Shown piece after piece: positions 60,825 to 64,000 of a DNA stretch of 64,000 bases. The position numbers and the translations under genes are program-made. Position 1 is the first letter of the stretch; each line of letters starts with the position of its first letter. Source of the stretch: an uncultured bacterium (GTDB lineage: Bacteria > Desulfobacterota > Binatia > HRBIN30 > CADEER01); the NCBI GenBank assembly GCA_963757755.1, contig CAVWTK010000007.1, positions 66,188-130,187 on the forward strand. Direction: 5' to 3'. The notes below the pieces were generated by a model. It did not search any database and had not been told where the DNA came from. It was given only the letters and a program-made list of their open reading frames with translations.

Positions 60825-61147
60825 TGTCGACGACGAAGGTCTCTCGGGGTAGCGGCAACGTCTTTCGCGATCTCGGGCTCAGGAACCCCGAGGAGCTCCT
60901 GGCGAAGACCAAGCTCGCCGCTCGAATCGTGCAGATTCTCGAGCAACAGAAGCTGAACCAGACACGGGCGGCCAGGCTCCTCGGCATCGATCAGCCGAAG
61001 GTATCGCAGATCTACCGCGGCCGACTGGACGACTTCTCTCTGGAGCGCCTGATGCGATTCCTCACTGCGCTCCATCAGGACATTCGCATCGTCATCGAAG
61101 AAAAGCCCCGACGTGGCCGTGGTCGCGTGATTGTGGAAGCCGCCTGA
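60824..61147 (+). CDS. higA: XRE-family HTH antitoxin (HigA-like), 107 aa
   Basis: The ATG overlaps the toxin stop (TGATG). GNVFRDLGL..PEELLAKTKLAARIVQILEQQKLNQTRAARLLGIDQPKVSQIYRGRLDDFSLERLMRFL. Confidence 0.8.
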   Translation: MSTTKVSRGSGNVFRDLGLRNPEELLAKTKLAARIVQILEQQKLNQTRAARLLGIDQPKVSQIYRGRLDDFSLERLMRFLTALHQDIRIVIEEKPRRGRGRVIVEAA

Positions 61148-61380
61148 GACTCCGCTTCTCGACAAGAGAAGAGCCGCCGGTGGGTCGCGCATTTCGGCAT
61201 CGTGATCACCGATTTCGGCAATGTGCTCACGCCCTGAGCGAGCGCTACACCGTCCGCCTCAGCCATCGTAAACGTCCGGCCGACCCGGCCGACCCCACCC
61301 TGAAGCGGCCCGACAATCTCGCTAGCTCAGCGTTGCTCGTGAAGAGGCGCTCGACCTCGTCCTTGACGTTGTGAGCACGC

Positions 61381-62736
61381 TCAGAACGGCAACTGTTCTG
61401 CTTGCAACTTGCGTAGCTCGTTGAACATGGCGACGCACGCCGACTCGTCGCGCGGTGATGTGGGATCTTCGATCAGGGCCTCGAGGGCGGGCTGAGGGGC
61501 GCCGGTGAGAGCGGATCTGACGATCTTGTCCTGCAGGCGGATCTTGTACGGCGATGTGTCCAGCGATCGGTTCCGCAATCGGCGGCATCTTCTCGGGATG
61601 GATACCGTCACCATCGACCTCGGCGCCTACTTCGACGATGGCACCTTCGGCAACGTTCGGCAGGTAACCGCGATTCGGCACGTTGACCGCTACAATCCGC
61701 CGCCGCTCGCCTGACCAGATCGAGGCGATGATCGGCACGACCTCTTCGAGGCTGTGCCCCATACGCTGCAGCGGCAGCGGCAGCTTGGTGCTTGCCACCC
61801 ATACGGTCAGCCGTTCGATGGCCTTGATCGATACGGGCGAACTGATCGACGTGGGCCGGATGGTGACCGCCGACCTCGTGCGCGAACGGCAGATACTCAC
61901 CGATGTGGCTGTCGACGGAGCAGGGCACGAGGTCGTGCTCGCGGATCATGTGCGCAACCAGCGGCGAGTAGAGTTGATCGGCAAGCATGGCGAGCACGGG
62001 CCGAGGCTCGCTCGCGCTCGCGAGCCGGGTGAGCATGGGACCGAAATCGAAGAACTTCCTGCGGAACAGCGCTCTTGACCCGCGGTAGCAGGTCTTCTCC
62101 CGTCTCTCGGTCGATCATCTCGGTGAAGAACGTGAAGTGGTTGATGCCTGAGGCCTTCGCTGCGATCCGTGACGGTGGAATTCGCAGCAACCGGCCGAGT
62201 CGAACGATACCGATCGGCATCTCGTGACACATGCCGACATTGCGAACCTTCGAGCCCTGGTTGATGGCGAGCGTCACGCGACTCATTGGATTCGAGAGAT
62301 TGATGAGGAAGGCGTCCGGGCAGTGCTTCTGGATGTTGGCGCAAATACTCAGCGTGTTTTTGATGCTGCGCAGCGAGTGGAAGACCGCACCCGGTCCGCC
62401 ATTCTCACCGTTGACCTGCGTGGCGCCGTAACGAAGCGGGATCTCGTAGTCCTGGCGCCAATAGCGAAACCGCCCGTGCTCGGCACTGGCGATGACGAAG
62501 TCGGCGCCGGTCAGCGCTTCGGCCGGATCGGTGGATTGTTCGAGGATGACCGGGTTGCCGTTCGCAGCGTTGAGCTTCGCTGCGAAGCGGTAGGCTCGCT
62601 GCAGTCGAGCTTCGGAGATGTCGTGTAGCACCAGCCGACTGCCGGCGAGCACCCGCGTGTGGATGACATCGTTGACCATCGTCGGGCCGAACGACAGTCC
62701 GCCCGCGCCTACCAGGGTGATCTTCGGCTCGCTCAC
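61381..62736 (-). pseudogene. Glycoside hydrolase family 4 (NAD/Mn-dependent alpha-glucosidase/galactosidase-like) gene with at least 3 frameshifts
   Basis: GTG 62736 opens KITLVGAGGLSFGP...GPGAVFHSLRSI...NLSNPMSRVT...VGMCHE...INHFTFF. Sense then continues in successive frames: MLADQLYSPLVAHMIREHDLVPCSVDSHIGEYLPFA / NVPNRGYLPNVAEGAIVEVGAEVDGDGIHP / IRLQDKIVRSALTG...LPF*. Confidence 0.75.
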
Positions 62737-62960
62737 GACGCACTGGAGATTGGCGCAAACACCGAAACAAGCGCAACCCCGAACCGAATGTTTCAGCGGG
62801 CTGGGTGGACCTCCCCAGCGCCCCCTGGCGCATCTCAGCGCAAGATCAACCACTTGCGCGATCGTGTCCGCTGGCAAGCGCTGCCAGCCGCCAGCGAATT
62901 AGGCCCCCGGGGCCTAAGTTCAGGGTGAGTGAGTCTTGAACCGAGAAGGAGGAGCAAGAG

Positions 62961-63176
62961 ATGGCAAGACGACAGGAAGGAATTCTCCGTCAGATCCGCG
63001 ACGAGGCAAAGCACCAGCTACGCGGACTCCCCGCGAGCTCAGGCACCAACTCCGCGGCTTCGCCAGCGAGGCCAACTACCAGGACTGGGGAGCAGACCAG
63101 AGGCCACGGCAAGCAGTTGATTGGAATGCTCGCTTTGGGGGCCAACTTTCGCCAGAAGCTAGCCCCAAGAGGCTAG
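62961..63176 (+). CDS. Small orphan ORF (71 aa) behind a strong SD
   Basis: GAAGGAGGAGcaagagATG. The sequence is partly low-complexity, and an overlapping frame (62936..63199) looks equally protein-like, so it may be a frameshifted small gene. Confidence 0.2.
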   Translation: MARRQEGILRQIRDEAKHQLRGLPASSGTNSAASPARPTTRTGEQTRGHGKQLIGMLALGANFRQKLAPRG

Positions 63177-63240
63177 CAAAGGGAACGAAAGCTCGATGAT
63201 TCAGCTGGTTACAGGAGTGGAGGCGGGGGATAGGAGTGGA

Positions 63241-63370
63241 GGCGGGGGGATTGAACCGGACCGGGGTGATGACGAGGAGCGCTAAGAAGCCAGTTTTTCA
63301 CGGGTTCGACTTTTCGCTTCGCTCTTCAAATGCTCCCGAATAGCGCCAATTTGGGCCCCGGGGGCCCATT
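63241..63370. repeat. Copy B of the ~130-bp direct repeat
   Basis: See copy A (60030-60160). It is preceded by a local duplication, aggagtggaggcggggga x2. Confidence 0.9.
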
Positions 63371-63639
63371 TCTTTCTTCCCCCTCACGGTGTCGGACGCA
63401 GCGATCTGGTTAGGCCTACGACGGGTTCTCCTTGGCCCACACAATTTCAGGCAAGGGATAGAGTATCGGCGCTGTGGGACTGATGTTGTACGTAAAGCGG
63501 TAGCCCTGAGCGAGATGCAGGGCACGATCACGGCTGCGAGCATCTCGAAGATGCTGTGCCTGCGCCTCCTGCGGGCTCACTGAGCGAAGGAGCCCCTGCG
63601 GACCACGCTCCTCCGGGAGCCCTTTGCCTCGCCTTGATC

Positions 63640-63660
63640 GGTTCACCCTACGGGTGTACC
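63640..63660 (+). promoter_or_regulatory. Imperfect inverted repeat GGTTCACCC-TAC-GGGTGTACC just upstream of the relE-like gene: candidate TA operator
   Basis: Read directly. 9-nt arms with one mismatch, ending 10 nt before ATG 63671. Confidence 0.3.
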
Positions 63661-63670
63661 GTCGAGCTCA

Positions 63671-63949
63671 ATGATCCGCCGGGTCGAGATCACCAGGCTC
63701 GCGGAGAAGCAGCTCCGCAAGCTCCCACCGCACATCGTGGACAACCTGATGATCTGGGTCGCGGCCGTCGAACTCGATGGCCTCGAAGAGGTACGCAAGG
63801 TCCGCGGCTATCACGATGAAGCGCTCAAGGGAGACCGAGCGGGCCAGCGGTCGATTCGGCTGAGCCGTGCGTACCGAGCCGTCTACGAGATCAAGGAAGG
63901 TACGGCCAGATTCGTGTCAGTCGAACAAGTCAGCAAGCACGAGTATTGA
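63671..63949 (+). CDS. RelE/ParE-superfamily toxin (HigB-type order, toxin first), 92 aa
   Basis: ITRLAEKQLRKLPPHI...GYHDEALKGDRAGQRSIRLSRAYRAVYEI...VSVEQVSKHEY is the classical RelE/ParE pattern. Confidence 0.8.
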   Translation: MIRRVEITRLAEKQLRKLPPHIVDNLMIWVAAVELDGLEEVRKVRGYHDEALKGDRAGQRSIRLSRAYRAVYEIKEGTARFVSVEQVSKHEY

Positions 63950-63960
63950 CGGAGGCATCC

Positions 63961-64000
63961 ATGCGCAAGGCGAAACAAAAGAAGTCGGAAGCTATGAAGC
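63961..64000 (+). CDS. Start of the probable cognate antitoxin (truncated by window end)
   Basis: ATG lies 12 nt after the toxin stop (MRKAKQKKSEAMK...). Only 13 codons are visible. Confidence 0.3.
   Translation, partial: MRKAKQKKSEAMK

Noticed and set aside
63416-63646. Minus-strand 76-aa ORF upstream of repeat copy B as a BrnT/RelE-like toxin.
   Set aside because: It shows only a vague resemblance (GYRFTYNI..ILYPLPE). The N-terminus is Arg-rich and the ORF overlaps the promoter/operator region of the relE-like gene.

Overview
This is a high-GC, Gram-negative-type chromosomal window; lipoboxes, an outer-membrane efflux factor and an MlaA-like remnant support that call. I found no rRNA, tRNA or CRISPR. 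0-16 kb holds transport and envelope genes: a Na/Pi-transporter tail, a ppk2 plus P-type ATPase operon, MarC, arcD-arcA, DUF502, a glycine-zipper lipoprotein, a PLDc_N/SHOCT protein, a ceramidase-like protein, a META protein, a YVTN propeller and a broken NodT-type OMF. 16-41 kb is a catabolic, acyl-CoA-centred stretch: a SnoaL-like cyclase, P450, TetR plus Baeyer-Villiger monooxygenase, an acyl-CoA synthetase, and a four-gene unit (HMGS-like/DUF35 fusion, SCP-x thiolase, DUF3556-like membrane protein, tandem family-III CoA-transferase). Within it lie a 1505-aa G8/CEMIP-like lipoprotein and a multihaem cytochrome gene shredded by frameshifts. 41-56 kb holds an FGE-like protein, an ECF sigma/NrsF pair, a 911-aa beta-helix protein, a putative envelope-modification cluster (adenylate-forming enzyme, methyltransferase, GT-C-like membrane proteins) and an 864-aa secreted protein ending in a thaumatin-like domain. 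57-64 kb is a visibly more AT-rich accessory patch with three toxin-antitoxin loci, an IS remnant and gene fragments, part of it bracketed by about 130-bp direct repeats. Two themes recur across the window. Many genes are broken by single-nt indels while neighbours are intact. Several families of REP-like palindromes occur, one of which has tandemly amplified the 3' end of the acyl-CoA synthetase gene. All assignments are by-eye motif recognition. Hand-derived coordinates may be off by 1-2 nt; around 29640-30400 my count of the printed sequence and the ORF track differ by one base, and I followed the ORF track.
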